Source: Eledone cirrhosa
Lineage: Eukaryota
Assembly (NCBI GenBank): GCA_964016885.1
Contig: OZ024762.1
Coordinates: forward strand, 30,628,001-30,692,000
Direction: 5' to 3'
Length of the DNA: 64,000 bases
In this document: piece by piece, positions 12,991-27,700 of the stretch
Numbering within the stretch: position 1 is the stretch's first letter
Layout: the number at the start of each line of letters is the position of its first letter
Made by a program: the position numbers and the translations under genes
The notes under the pieces: generated by a model
Seen by the model: only the letters and a program-made list of their open reading frames with translations
Database searches by the model: none
What the model was told of the DNA's origin: nothing

Positions 12991-15900
12991 GGTATTAGCT
13001 GTCAGAAGTAACTCCACTGTTGGTGAGAATTCATTTAAGTTCATCGTACTAGCTGTCAGAAGTAACTCCAATGTTGGTGAGAATTCATTTAAGTTCATGG
13101 TATTAGCTGTCAGAAGTAACTCCACTGTTGGTGAGAATTCATTTAAGTCATGGTATTAGCTGTCAGAAGTAACTCCAATGTTGGTGAGAATTCATTTAAG
13201 TTCATGGTATTAGCTGTCAGAAGTAACTCCACTGTTGGTGAGAATTCATTTAAGTTCATGGTATTAGCTGTCAGAAGTAACTCCACTGTTGGTGAGAATT
13301 CATTTAAGTTCATGGTACTAGCTGTCAGAAGTAACTCCACTGTTGGTGAGAATTCATTTAAGTTCATGGTATTAGCTGTCAGAAGGAACTCCACTGTTGG
13401 TGAGAATTCATTTAAGTTCATGGTATTAGCTGTCAGAAGTAACTCCACTGTTGGTGAGAATTCATTTAAGTTCATGGTACTAGCTGTCAGAAGTAACTCC
13501 ACTGTTGGTGAGAATTCATTTAAGTTCATGGTATTAGCTGTCAGAAGTAACTCCACTGTTGGTGAGAATCCATTTAAGTTCATGGTATTAGCTGTCAGAA
13601 GTAACTCCACTGTTGGTGAGAATTCATTTAAGTTCATGGTATTAGCTGTCAGAAGTAACTCCACTGTTGGTGAGAATTCATTTAAGTTCATGGTACTAGC
13701 TGTCAGAAGTAACTCCACTGTTGGTGAGAATTCATTTAAGTTCATGGTATTAGATGTCAGAAGTAACTCCACTGTTCGTGAGAATTCATTTAAGTCATGC
13801 TATTAGCTGTCAGAAGTAACTCCATTGTTGGTGAGAATTCATTTAAGTCATGGTACTAGCTGTCAGAAGTAACTCCACTGTTGGTGAGAATTCATTTAAG
13901 TTCATGGTACTAGCTGTCAGAAGTAACTCCACTGTTGGTGAGAATTCATTTAAGTTCATGGTACTAGCTGTCAGAAGGAACTCCAATGTTGGTGAGAATT
14001 CATTTAAATTCATGGTATTAGCTGTCAGAAGTAACTCCACTGTTGGTGAGAATTCATTTAAGTTCATGGTACTAGCTGTCAGAAGCAACTCCACTGTTGG
14101 TGAGAATTCATTTAAGTTCATGGTATTAGCTGTCAGAAGTAACTCCACTGTTGGTGAGAATTCATTTAAGTTCATGGTACTAGCTGTCAGAAGTAACCCC
14201 AATGTTGGTGAGAATTCATTTAAGTTCATGGTATTAGCTGTCAGAAGTCACTCCAATGTTGGTGAGAATTCATTTAAGTTCATGGTATTAGCTGTCAGAA
14301 GTAACTCCACTGTTGGTGAGAATTCATTTAAGTTCATGGTATTAGCTGTCAGAAGTAACTCCACTGTTGGGGAGAATTCATTTAAGTTGATGGTATTAGC
14401 TGTCAGAAGGAACTCCACTGTTGGTGAGAATTCATTTAAGTTCATGGTACTAGCTGTCAGAAGTAACTCCACTGTTGGTGAGAATTCATTTAAGTTCATG
14501 GTATTAGTTTGTCAGAAGTAACTCCACTGTTGGTGAGAATTCATTTAAGTCATGGTATTAGTTGTCAGAAGTAACTCCAATGTTGGTGAGAATTCATTTA
14601 AGTCATGGAACTAGCTGTCAGAAGTAACTCCAATGTTGGTGAGAATTCATTTAAGTTCATGGTATTAGCTGTCAGAAGGAACTCCACTGTTGGTGAGAAT
14701 TCATTTAAGTTCATGGTATTAGCTGTCAGAAGTAACTCCACTGTTGGTGAGAATTCATTTAAGTTCATGGTACTAGCTGTCAGAAGTAACTCCAATGTTG
14801 GTGAGAATTCATTTAAGTTCATGGTATTAGCTGTCAGAATTAACTCCACTGTTGGTGAGAATTCATTTAAGTCATGGTATTAGCTGTCAGAAGTAACTCC
14901 AATGTTGGTGAGAATTCATTTAAGTTCATGGTATTAGCTGTCAGAAGTAACTCCACTGTTGGTGAGAATTCATTTAAGTTCATGGTATTAGCTGTCAGAA
15001 GTAACTCCACTGTTGGTGAGAATTCATTTAAGTTCATGGTACTAGCTGTCAGAAGTAACTCCAATGTTGGTGAGAATTCATTTAAGTTCATGGTTTTAGC
15101 TGTCAGAAGTAACTCCACTGTTGGTGAGAATTCATTTAAGTTCATGGTATTAGCTGTCAGAAGTAACTCCACTGTTGGTGAGAATTCATTTAAGTTCATG
15201 GTATTAGCTGTCAGAAGTAACTCCACTGTTGGTGAGAATTCATTTAAGTTCATGGTACTAGCTGTCAGAAGTAACTCCACTGTTGGTGAGAATTCATTTA
15301 AGTTCATGGTATTAGCTGTCAGAAGGAACTCCACTGTTGGTGAGAATTCATTTAAGTTCATGGTATTAGCTGTCAGAAGTAACTCCACTGTTGGTGAGAA
15401 TTCATTTAAGTTCATGGTACTAGCTGTCAGAAGTAACTCCAATGTTGGTGAGAATTCATTTAAGTTCATGGTATTAGCTGTCAGAAGTAACTCCACTGTT
15501 GGTGAGAATTCATTTAAGTTCATGGTATTAGCTGTCAGAAGTAACTCCACTGTTGGTGAGAATTCATTTAAGTTCATGGTATTATCTGTCAGAAGTAACT
15601 CCACTGTTGGTGAGAATTCATTTAAGTTCATGGTATTAGCTGTCAGAAGTAACTCCACTGTTGGTGAGAATTCATTTAAGTTCATGGTACTAGCTGTCAG
15701 AAGTAACTCCACTGTTGGTGAGAATTCATTTAAGTTCATGGTATTAGCTGTCAGAAGTCACTCCACTGTTGGTGAGAATTCATTTAAGTTCATGGTATTA
15801 GCTGTCAGAAGTAACTCCATGGTTGGTGAGAATTCATTTAAGTCATGGTACTAGCTGTCAGAAGTAACTCCACTGTTGGTGAGAATTCATTTAAGTTCAT

Positions 15901-16750
15901 GGTACTAGCTGTCAGAAGTAACTCCACTGTTGGTGAGAATTCATTTAAGTTCATGGTACTAGCTGTCAGAAGTAACTCCACTGTTGGTGAGAATTCATTT
16001 AAGTTCATGGTACTAGCTGTCAGAAGTAACTCCACTGTTGGTGAGAATTCATTTAAGTTCATGGTACTAGCTGTCAGAAGTAACTCCAATGTTGGTGAGA
16101 ATTCATTTAAGTCATGGTACTAGCTGTCAGAAGTAACGCCACTGTTGGTGAGAATTCATTTAAGTTCATGGTATTAGCTGTCAGAAGGAACTCCACTGTT
16201 GGTGAGAATTCATTTAAGTTCATGGTATTAGTTTGTCAGACGTAACTCCACTGTTGGTGAGAATTCATTTAAGTCATGGTATTAGTTGTCAGAAGTAACT
16301 CCAATGTTGGTGAGAATTCATTTAAGTCATGGTACTAGCTGTCAGAAGTAACTCCAATGTTGGTGAGAATTCATTTAAGTTCATGGTATTAGCTGTCAGA
16401 AGGAACTCCACTGTTGGTGAGAATTCATTTAAGTTCATGGTATTAGCTGTCAGAAGTAACTCCACTGTTGGTGAGAATTCATTTAAGTTCATCGTACTAG
16501 CTGTCAGAAGTAACTCCAATGTTGGTGAGAATTCATTTAAGTTCATGGTATTAGCTGTCAGAAGTAACTCCACTGTTGGTGAGAATTCATTTAAGTCATG
16601 GTATTAGCTGTCAGAAGTAACTCCAATGTTGGTGAGAATTCATTTAAGTTCATGGTATTAGCTGTCAGAAGTAACTCCACTGTTGGTGAGAATTCATTTA
16701 AGTTCATGGTATTAGCTGTCAGAAGTAACTCCACTGTTGGTGAGAATTCA
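10300..16750. repeat. Third related copy, period 3448 bp (64 monomers = 2 x 1724)
   Basis: ORF starts 10402/13850, 11426/14874, 12397/15845, 12881/16329 and 13150/16598 differ by 3448. Confidence 0.88.
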
Positions 16751-19700
16751 TTTAAGTTCATGGTACTAGCTGTCAGAAGAAACTCCACTGTTGGTGAGAA
16801 TTCATTTAAGTTCATGGTATTAGCTGTCAGAAGGAACTCCACTGTTGGTGAGAATTCATTTAAGTTCATGGTATTAGCTGTCAGAAGTAACTCCACTGTT
16901 GGTGAGAATTCATTTAAGTTCATGGTACTAGCTGTCAGAAGTAACTCCAATGTTGGTGAGAATTCATTTAAGTTCATGGTATTAGCTGTCAGAAGTAACT
17001 CCACTGTTGGTGAGAATTCATTTAAGTTCATGGTATTAGCTGTCAGAAGTAACTCCACTGTTGGTGAGAATTCATTTAAGTTCATGGTACTAGCTGTCAG
17101 AAGTAACTCCACTGTTGGTGAGAATTCATTTAAGTTCATGGTATTAGTTGTCAGAAGTAACTCCACTGTTGGTGAGAATTCATTTAAGTTCATGGTACTA
17201 GCTGTCAGAAGTAACTCCACTGTTGGTGAGAATTCATTTAAGTTCATGGTACTAGCTGTCAGAAGTAACTCCAATGTTGGTGAGAATTCATTTAAATTCA
17301 TGGTATTAGCTGTCAGAAGTAACTCCACTGTTGGTGAGAATTCATTTAAGTTCATGGTACTAGCTGTCAGAAGCAACTCCACTGTTGGTGAGAATTCATT
17401 TAAGTTCATGGTATTAGCTGTCAGAAGTAACTCCACTGTTGGTGAGAATTCATTTAAGTTCATGGTACTAGCTGTCAGAAGTAACCCCAATGTTGGTGAG
17501 AATTCCTTTAAGTTCATGGTATTAACTGTCAGAAGTCACTCCAATGTTGGTGAGAATTCATTTAAGTTCATGGTATTAGCTGTCAGAAGTCACTCCACTG
17601 TTGGTGAGAATTCATTTAAGTTCATGGTACTAGCTGTCAGAAGTAACCCCAATGTTGGTGAGAATTCATTTAAGTTCATGGTATTAGCTGTCAGAAGTAA
17701 CTCCACTGTTGGTGAGAATTCATTTAAGTTCATGGTATTAGCTGTCAGAAGTAACTCCACTGTTGGTGAGAATTCATTTAAGTTCATGGTATTAGCTGTC
17801 AGAAGTAACTCCAATGTTGGTGAGAATTCATTTAAGTTCATGGTACTAGCTGTCAGAAGTAACTCCACTGTTGGTGAGAATTCATTTAAGTTCATGGTAT
17901 TAGCTGTCAGAAGTAACTCCACTGTTGGTGAGAATTCATTTAAGTCATGGTATTAGCTGTCAGAAGTAACTCCCTTGTTGGTGAGAATTCATTTAAGTCA
18001 TGGTACTAGCTGTCAGAAGTAACTCCACTGTTGGTGAGAATTCATTTAAGTTCATGGTATTAGCTGTCAGAAGTAACTCCACTGTTGGTGAGAATTCATT
18101 TAAGTTCATGGTACTAGCTGTCAGAAGTAACTCCAATGTTGGTGAGAATTCATTTAAGTTCATGGTATTAGCTGTCAGAAGTAACTCCACTGTTGGTGAG
18201 AATTCATTTAAGTTCATGGTATTAGCTGTCAGAAGTAACTCCACTGTTGGTGAGAATTCATTTAAGTTCATGGTACTAGCTGTCAGAAGTAACTCCACTG
18301 TTGGTGAGAATTCATTTAAGTTCATGGTATTAGTTGTCAGAAGTAACTCCACTGTTGGTGAGAATTCATTTAAGTTCATGGTACTAGCTGTCAGAAGTAA
18401 CTCCACTGTTGGTGAGAATTCATTTAAGTTCATGGTACTAGCTGTCAGAAGTAACTCCAATGTTGGTGAGAATTCATTTAAATTCATGGTATTAGCTGTC
18501 AGAAGTAACTCCACTGTTGGTGAGAATTCATTTAAGTTCATGGTACTAGCTGTCAGAAGCAACTCCACTGTTGGTGAGAATTCATTTAAGTTCATGGTAT
18601 TAGCTGTCAGAAGTAACTCCACTGTTGGTGAGAATTCATTTAAGTTCATGGTACTAGCTGTCAGAAGTAACCCCAATGTTGGTGAGAATTCCTTTAAGTT
18701 CATGGTATTAACTGTCAGAAGTCACTCCAATGTTGGTGAGAATTCATTTAAGTTCATGGTATTAGCTGTCAGAAGTCACTCCACTGTTGGTGAGAATTCA
18801 TTTAAGTTCATGGTACTAGCTGTCAGAAGTAACCCCAATGTTGGTGAGAATTCATTTAAGTTCATGGTATTAGCTGTCAGAAGTAACTCCACTGTTGGTG
18901 AGAATTCATTTAAGTTCATGGTATTAGCTGTCAGAAGTAACTCCACTGTTGGTGAGAATTCATTTAAGTTCATGGTATTAGCTGTCAGAAGTAACTCCAA
19001 TGTTGGTGAGAATTCATTTAAGTTCATGGTACTAGCTGTCAGAAGTAACTCCACTGTTGGTGAGAATTCATTTAAGTTCATGGTATTAGCTGTCAGAAGT
19101 AACTCCACTGTTGGTGAGAATTCATTTAAGTCATGGTATTAGCTGTCAGAAGTAACTCCCTTGTTGGTGAGAATTCATTTAAGTCATGGTACTAGCTGTC
19201 AGAAGTAACTCCACTGTTGGTGAGAATTCATTTAAGTTCATGGTACTAGCTGTCAGAAGTAACTCCACTGTTGGTGAGAATTCATTTAAGTTCATGGTAC
19301 TAGCTGTCAGAAGTAACTCCACTGTTGGTGAGAATTCATTTAAGTTCATGGTACTAGCTGTCAGAAGGAACTCCAATGTTGGTGAGAATTCATTTAAATT
19401 CATGGTATTAGCTGTCAGAAGTAACTCCACTGTTGGTGAGAATTCATTTAAGTTCATGGTACTAGCTGTCAGAAGCAACTCCACTGTTGGTGAGAATTCA
19501 TTTAAGTTCATGGTATTAGCTGTCAGAAGTAACTCCACTGTTGGTGAGAATTCATTTAAGTTCATGGTACTAGCTGTCAGAAGTAACCCCAATGTTGGTG
19601 AGAATTCATTTAAGTTCATGGTATTAGCTGTCAGAAGTCACTCCAATGTTGGTGAGAATTCATTTAAGTTCATGGTATTAGCTGTCAGAAGTAACTCCAC

Positions 19701-22700
19701 TGTTGGTGAGAATTCATTTAAGTTCATGGTATTAGCTGTCAGAAGTAACTCCACTGTTGGGGAGAATTCATTTAAGTTGATGGTATTAGCTGTCAGAAGG
19801 AACTCCACTGTTGGTGAGAATTCATTTAAGTTCATGGTACTAGCTGTCAGAAGTAACTCCACTGTTGGTGAGAATTCATTTAAGTTCATGGTATTAGTTT
19901 GTCAGAAGTAACTCCACTGTTGGTGAGAATTCATTTAAGTCATGGTATTAGTTGTCAGAAGTAACTCCAATGTTGGTGAGAATTCATTTAAGTCATGGAA
20001 CTAGCTGTCAGAAGTAACTCCAATGTTGGTGAGAATTCATTTAAGTTCATGGTATTAGCTGTCAGAAGGAACTCCACTGTTGGTGAGAATTCATTTAAGT
20101 TCATGGTATTAGCTGTCAGAAGTAACTCCACTGTTGGTGAGAATTCATTTAAGTTCATGGTACTAGCTGTCAGAAGTAACTCCAATGTTGGTGAGAATTC
20201 ATTTAAGTTCATGGTATTAGCTGTCAGAATTAACTCCACTGTTGGTGAGAATTCATTTAAGTCATGGTATTAGCTGTCAGAAGTAACTCCAATGTTGGTG
20301 AGAATTCATTTAAGTTCATGGTATTAGCTGTCAGAAGTAACTCCACTGTTGGTGAGAATTCATTTAAGTTCATGGTATTAGCTGTCAGAAGTAACTCCAC
20401 TGTTGGTGAGAATTCATTTAAGTTCATGGTACTAGCTGTCAGAAGTAACTCCAATGTTGGTGAGAATTCATTTAAGTTCATGGTTTTAGCTGTCAGAAGT
20501 AACTCCACTGTTGGTGAGAATTCATTTAAGTTCATGGTATTAGCTGTCAGAAGTAACTCCACTGTTGGTGAGAATTCATTTAAGTTCATGGTATTAGCTG
20601 TCAGAAGTAACTCCACTGTTGGTGAGAATTCATTTAAGTTCATGGTACTAGCTGTCAGAAGTAACTCCACTGTTGGTGAGAATTCATTTAAGTTCATGGT
20701 ATTAGCTGTCAGAAGGAACTCCACTGTTGGTGAGAATTCATTTAAGTTCATGGTATTAGCTGTCAGAAGTAACTCCACTGTTGGTGAGAATTCATTTAAG
20801 TTCATGGTACTAGCTGTCAGAAGTAACTCCAATGTTGGTGAGAATTCATTTAAGTTCATGGTATTAGCTGTCAGAAGTAACTCCACTGTTGGTGAGAATT
20901 CATTTAAGTTCATGGTATTAGCTGTCAGAAGTAACTCCACTGTTGGTGAGAATTCATTTAAGTTCATGGTATTATCTGTCAGAAGTAACTCCACTGTTGG
21001 TGAGAATTCATTTAAGTTCATGGTATTAGCTGTCAGAAGTAACTCCACTGTTGGTGAGAATTCATTTAAGTTCATGGTACTAGCTGTCAGAAGTAACTCC
21101 ACTGTTGGTGAGAATTCATTTAAGTTCATGGTATTAGCTGTCAGAAGTCACTCCACTGTTGGTGAGAATTCATTTAAGTTCATGGTATTAGCTGTCAGAA
21201 GTAACTCCATGGTTGGTGAGAATTCATTTAAGTCATGGTACTAGCTGTCAGAAGTAACTCCACTGTTGGTGAGAATTCATTTAAGTTCATGGTACTAGCT
21301 GTCAGAAGTAACTCCACTGTTGGTGAGAATTCATTTAAGTTCATGGTACTAGCTGTCAGAAGTAACTCCACTGTTGGTGAGAATTCATTTAAGTTCATGG
21401 TACTAGCTGTCAGAAGTAACTCCACTGTTGGTGAGAATTCATTTAAGTTCATGGTACTAGCTGTCAGAAGTAACTCCAATGTTGGTGAGAATTCATTTAA
21501 GTCATGGTACTAGCTGTCAGAAGTAACGCCACTGTTGGTGAGAATTCATTTAAGTTCATGGTATTAGCTGTCAGAAGGAACTCCACTGTTGGTGAGAATT
21601 CATTTAAGTTCATGGTATTAGTTTGTCAGACGTAACTCCACTGTTGGTGAGAATTCATTTAAGTCATGGTATTAGTTGTCAGAAGTAACTCCAATGTTGG
21701 TGAGAATTCATTTAAGTCATGGTACTAGCTGTCAGAAGTAACTCCAATGTTGGTGAGAATTCATTTAAGTTCATGGTATTAGCTGTCAGAAGGAACTCCA
21801 CTGTTGGTGAGAATTCATTTAAGTTCATGGTATTAGCTGTCAGAAGTAACTCCACTGTTGGTGAGAATTCATTTAAGTTCATCGTACTAGCTGTCAGAAG
21901 TAACTCCAATGTTGGTGAGAATTCATTTAAGTTCATGGTATTAGCTGTCAGAAGTAACTCCACTGTTGGTGAGAATTCATTTAAGTCATGGTATTAGCTG
22001 TCAGAAGTAACTCCAATGTTGGTGAGAATTCATTTAAGTTCATGGTATTAGCTGTCAGAAGTAACTCCACTGTTGGTGAGAATTCATTTAAGTTCATGGT
22101 ATTAGCTGTCAGAAGTAACTCCACTGTTGGTGAGAATTCATTTAAGTTCATGGTACTAGCTGTCAGAAGAAACTCCACTGTTGGTGAGAATTCATTTAAG
22201 TTCATGGTATTAGCTGTCAGAAGGAACTCCACTGTTGGTGAGAATTCATTTAAGTTCATGGTATTAGCTGTCAGAAGTAACTCCACTGTTGGTGAGAATT
22301 CATTTAAGTTCATGGTACTAGCTGTCAGAAGTAACTCCAATGTTGGTGAGAATTCATTTAAGTTCATGGTATTAGCTGTCAGAAGTAACTCCACTGTTGG
22401 TGAGAATTCATTTAAGTTCATGGTATTAGCTGTCAGAAGTAACTCCACTGTTGGTGAGAATTCATTTAAGTTCATGGTACTAGCTGTCAGAAGTAACTCC
22501 ACTGTTGGTGAGAATTCATTTAAGTTCATGGTATTAGTTGTCAGAAGTAACTCCACTGTTGGTGAGAATTCATTTAAGTTCATGGTACTAGCTGTCAGAA
22601 GTAACTCCACTGTTGGTGAGAATTCATTTAAGTTCATGGTACTAGCTGTCAGAAGTAACTCCAATGTTGGTGAGAATTCATTTAAATTCATGGTATTAGC

Positions 22701-24755
22701 TGTCAGAAGTAACTCCACTGTTGGTGAGAATTCATTTAAGTTCATGGTACTAGCTGTCAGAAGCAACTCCACTGTTGGTGAGAATTCATTTAAGTTCATG
22801 GTATTAGCTGTCAGAAGTAACTCCACTGTTGGTGAGAATTCATTTAAGTTCATGGTACTAGCTGTCAGAAGTAACCCCAATGTTGGTGAGAATTCCTTTA
22901 AGTTCATGGTATTAACTGTCAGAAGTCACTCCAATGTTGGTGAGAATTCATTTAAGTTCATGGTATTAGCTGTCAGAAGTCACTCCACTGTTGGTGAGAA
23001 TTCATTTAAGTTCATGGTACTAGCTGTCAGAAGTAACCCCAATGTTGGTGAGAATTCATTTAAGTTCATGGTATTAGCTGTCAGAAGTAACTCCACTGTT
23101 GGTGAGAATTCATTTAAGTTCATGGTATTAGCTGTCAGAAGTAACTCCACTGTTGGTGAGAATTCATTTAAGTTCATGGTATTAGCTGTCAGAAGTAACT
23201 CCAATGTTGGTGAGAATTCATTTAAGTTCATGGTACTAGCTGTCAGAAGTAACTCCACTGTTGGTGAGAATTCATTTAAGTTCATGGTATTAGCTGTCAG
23301 AAGTAACTCCACTGTTGGTGAGAATTCATTTAAGTCATGGTATTAGCTGTCAGAAGTAACTCCCTTGTTGGTGAGAATTCATTTAAGTCATGGTACTAGC
23401 TGTCAGAAGTAACTCCACTGTTGGTGAGAATTCATTTAAGTTCATGGTATTAGCTGTCAGAAGTAACTCCACTGTTGGTGAGAATTCATTTAAGTTCATG
23501 GTACTAGCTGTCAGAAGTAACTCCAATGTTGGTGAGAATTCATTTAAGTTCATGGTATTAGCTGTCAGAAGTAACTCCACTGTTGGTGAGAATTCATTTA
23601 AGTTCATGGTATTAGCTGTCAGAAGTAACTCCACTGTTGGTGAGAATTCATTTAAGTTCATGGTACTAGCTGTCAGAAGTAACTCCACTGTTGGTGAGAA
23701 TTCATTTAAGTTCATGGTATTAGTTGTCAGAAGTAACTCCACTGTTGGTGAGAATTCATTTAAGTTCATGGTACTAGCTGTCAGAAGTAACTCCACTGTT
23801 GGTGAGAATTCATTTAAGTTCATGGTACTAGCTGTCAGAAGTAACTCCAATGTTGGTGAGAATTCATTTAAATTCATGGTATTAGCTGTCAGAAGTAACT
23901 CCACTGTTGGTGAGAATTCATTTAAGTTCATGGTACTAGCTGTCAGAAGCAACTCCACTGTTGGTGAGAATTCATTTAAGTTCATGGTATTAGCTGTCAG
24001 AAGTAACTCCACTGTTGGTGAGAATTCATTTAAGTTCATGGTACTAGCTGTCAGAAGTAACCCCAATGTTGGTGAGAATTCCTTTAAGTTCATGGTATTA
24101 ACTGTCAGAAGTCACTCCAATGTTGGTGAGAATTCATTTAAGTTCATGGTATTAGCTGTCAGAAGTCACTCCACTGTTGGTGAGAATTCATTTAAGTTCA
24201 TGGTACTAGCTGTCAGAAGTAACCCCAATGTTGGTGAGAATTCATTTAAGTTCATGGTATTAGCTGTCAGAAGTAACTCCACTGTTGGTGAGAATTCATT
24301 TAAGTTCATGGTATTAGCTGTCAGAAGTAACTCCACTGTTGGTGAGAATTCATTTAAGTTCATGGTATTAGCTGTCAGAAGTAACTCCAATGTTGGTGAG
24401 AATTCATTTAAGTTCATGGTACTAGCTGTCAGAAGTAACTCCACTGTTGGTGAGAATTCATTTAAGTTCATGGTATTAGCTGTCAGAAGTAACTCCACTG
24501 TTGGTGAGAATTCATTTAAGTCATGGTATTAGCTGTCAGAAGTAACTCCCTTGTTGGTGAGAATTCATTTAAGTCATGGTACTAGCTGTCAGAAGTAACT
24601 CCACTGTTGGTGAGAATTCATTTAAGTTCATGGTACTAGCTGTCAGAAGTAACTCCACTGTTGGTGAGAATTCATTTAAGTTCATGGTACTAGCTGTCAG
24701 AAGTAACTCCACTGTTGGTGAGAATTCATTTAAGTTCATGGTACTAGCTGTCAGA
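13850..24755. repeat. Tandem higher-order duplication, period 5390 bp (100 monomers), each copy containing a nested 1186-bp (22-monomer) duplication
   Basis: ORF starts 14605/19995, 14874/20264, 15845/21235, 16598/21988 and 18000/23390 differ by 5390 with identical translations. Private markers AGAATTAAC, GGTTTTAGC and AGAAGAAAC are in both copies. 12 deletions and 2 insertions give 100x54-10. ORF ends 17956/19142 and 23346/24532 differ by 1186. Confidence 0.93.
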
Positions 24756-27700
24756 AGTAACTCCAATGTTGGTGAGAATTCATTTAAATTCATGGTATTA
24801 GCTGTCAGAAGTAACTCCACTGTTGGTGAGAATTCATTTAAGTTCATGGTACTAGCTGTCAGAAGCAACTCCACAGTTGGTGAGAATTCATTTAAGTTCA
24901 TGGTATTAGCTGTCAGAAGTCACTCCACTGTTGGTGAGAATTCATTTAAGTTCATGGTACTAGCTGTCAGAAGTAACCCCAATGTTGGTGAGAATTCATT
25001 TAAGTTCATGGTATTAGCTGTCAGAAATAACTCCACTGTTGGTGAGAATTCATTTAAGTTCATGGTATTAGTTTGTCAGAAGTAACTCCACTGTTGGTGG
25101 GAATTCATTTAAGTCATGGTATTAGTTGTCAGAAGTAACTCCAATGTTGGTGAGAATTCATTTAAGTCATGGTACTAGCTGTCAGAAGTAACTCCAATGT
25201 TGGTGAGAATTCATTTAAGTTCATGGTATTAGCTGTCAGAAGGAACTCCACTGTTGGTGAGAATTCATTTAAGTTCATGGTATTAGCTGTCAGAAGTAAC
25301 TCCACTGTTGGTGAGAATTCATTTAAGTTCATGGTATTAGCTGTCAGAAGTAACTCCACTGTTGGTGAGAATTCATTTAAGTTCATGGTACTAGCTGTCA
25401 GAAGTAACCCCAATGTTGGTGAGAATTCCTTTAAGTTCATGGTATTAACTGTCAGAAGTCACTCCAATGTTGGTGAGAATTCATTTAAGTTCATGGTATT
25501 AGCTGTCAGAAGTCACTCCACTGTTGGTGAGAATTCATTTAAGTTCATGGTACTAGCTGTCAGAAGTAACCCCAATGTTGGTGAGAATTCATTTAAGTTC
25601 ATGGTATTAGCTGTCAGAAGTAACTCCACTGTTGGTGAGAATTCATTTAAGTTCATGGTATTAGCTGTCAGAAGTAACTCCACTGTTGGTGAGAATTCAT
25701 TTAAGTTCATGGTATTAGCTGTCAGAAGTAACTCCAATGTTGGTGAGAATTAATTTAAGTTCATGGTACTAGCTGTCAGAAGTAACTCCACTGTTGGTGA
25801 GAATTCATTTAAGTTCATGGTATTAGCTGTCAGAAGTAACTCCACTGTTGGTGAGAATTCATTTAAGTCATGGTATTAGCTGTCAGAAGTAACTCCCTTG
25901 TTGGTGAGAATTCATTTAAGTCATGGTACTAGCTGTCAGAAGTAACTCCACTGTTGGTGAGAATTCATTTAAGTTCATGGTACTAGCTGTCAGAAGTAAC
26001 TCCACTGTTGGTGAGAATTCATTTAAGTTCATGGTACTAGCTGTCAGAAGTAACTCCCTTGTTGGTGAGAATTCATTTAAGTCATGGTACTAGCTGTCAG
26101 AAGTAACTCCACTGTTGGTGAGAATTCATTTAAGTTCATGGTACTAGCTGTCAGAAGTAACTCCACTGTTGGTGAGAATTCATTTAAGTTCATGGTACTA
26201 GCTGTCAGAAGTAACTCCACTGTTGGTGAGAATTCATTTAAGTTCATGGTACTAGCTGTCAGAAGTAACTCCAATGTTGGTGAGAATTCATTTAAGTTCA
26301 TGGTACTAGCTGTCAGAAGTAACTCCACTGTTGGTGAGAATTCATTTAAGTTCATGGTACTAGCTGTCAGAAGTAACTCCACTGTTGGTGAGAATTCATT
26401 TAAGTTCATGGTACTAGCTGTCAGAAGTAACTCCAATGTTGGTGAGAATTCATTTAAATTCATGGTATTAGCTGTCAGAAGTAACTCCACTGTTGGTGAG
26501 AATTCATTTAAGTTCATGGTATTAGCTGTCAGAAGTAACTCCAATGTTGGTGAGAATTCATTTAAATTCATGGTATTAGCTGTCAGAAGGAACTCCACTG
26601 TTGGTGAGAATTCATTTAAGTTCATGGTATTAGCTGTCAGAAGTAACTCCACTGTTGGTGAGAATTCATTTAAGTTCATCGTACTAGCTGTCAGAAGTAA
26701 CTCCAATGTTGGTGAGAATTCATTTAAGTTCATGGTATTAGCTGTCAGAAGTAACTCCACTGTTGGTGAGAATTCATTTAAGTCATGGTATTAGCTGTCA
26801 GAAGTAACTCCAATGTTGGTGAGAATTCATTTAAGTTCATGGTATTAGCTGTCAGAAGTAACTCCACTGTTGGTGAGAATTCATTTAAGTTCATGGTATT
26901 AGCTGTCAGAAGTAACTCCACTGTTGGTGAGAATTCATTTAAGTTCATGGTACTAGCTGTCAGAAGTAACTCCACTGTTGGTGAGAATTCATTTAAGTTC
27001 ATGGTATTAGCTGTCAGAAGGAACTCCACTGTTGGTGAGAATTCATTTAAGTTCATGGTATTAGCTGTCAGAAGTAACTCCACTGTTGGTGAGAATTCAT
27101 TTAAGTTCATGGTACTAGCTGTCAGAAGTAACTCCAATGTTGGTGAGAATTCATTTAAGTTCATGGTATTAGCTGTCAGAAGTAACTCCACTGTTGGTGA
27201 GAATTCATTTAAGTTCATGGTATTAGCTGTCAGAAGTAACTCCACTGTTGGTGAGAATTCATTTAAGTTCATGGTACTAGCTGTCAGAAGTAACTCCACT
27301 GTTGGTGAGAATTCATTTAAGTTCATGGTATTAGTTGTCAGAAGTAACTCCACTGTTGGTGAGAATTCATTTAAGTTCATGGTACTAGCTGTCAGAAGTA
27401 ACTCCACTGTTGGTGAGAATTCATTTAAGTTCATGGTACTAGCTGTCAGAAGTAACTCCACTGTTGGTGAGAATTCATTTAAGTTCATGGTACTAGCTGT
27501 CAGAAGTAACTCCACTGTTGGTGAGAATTCATTTAAGTTCATGGTACTAGCTGTCAGAAGTAACTCCAATGTTGGTGAGAATTCATTTAAATTCATGGTA
27601 TTAGCTGTCAGAAGTAACTCCACTGTTGGTGAGAATTCATTTAAGTTCATGGTATTAGCTGTCAGAAGTAACTCCAATGTTGGTGAGAATTCATTTAAAT

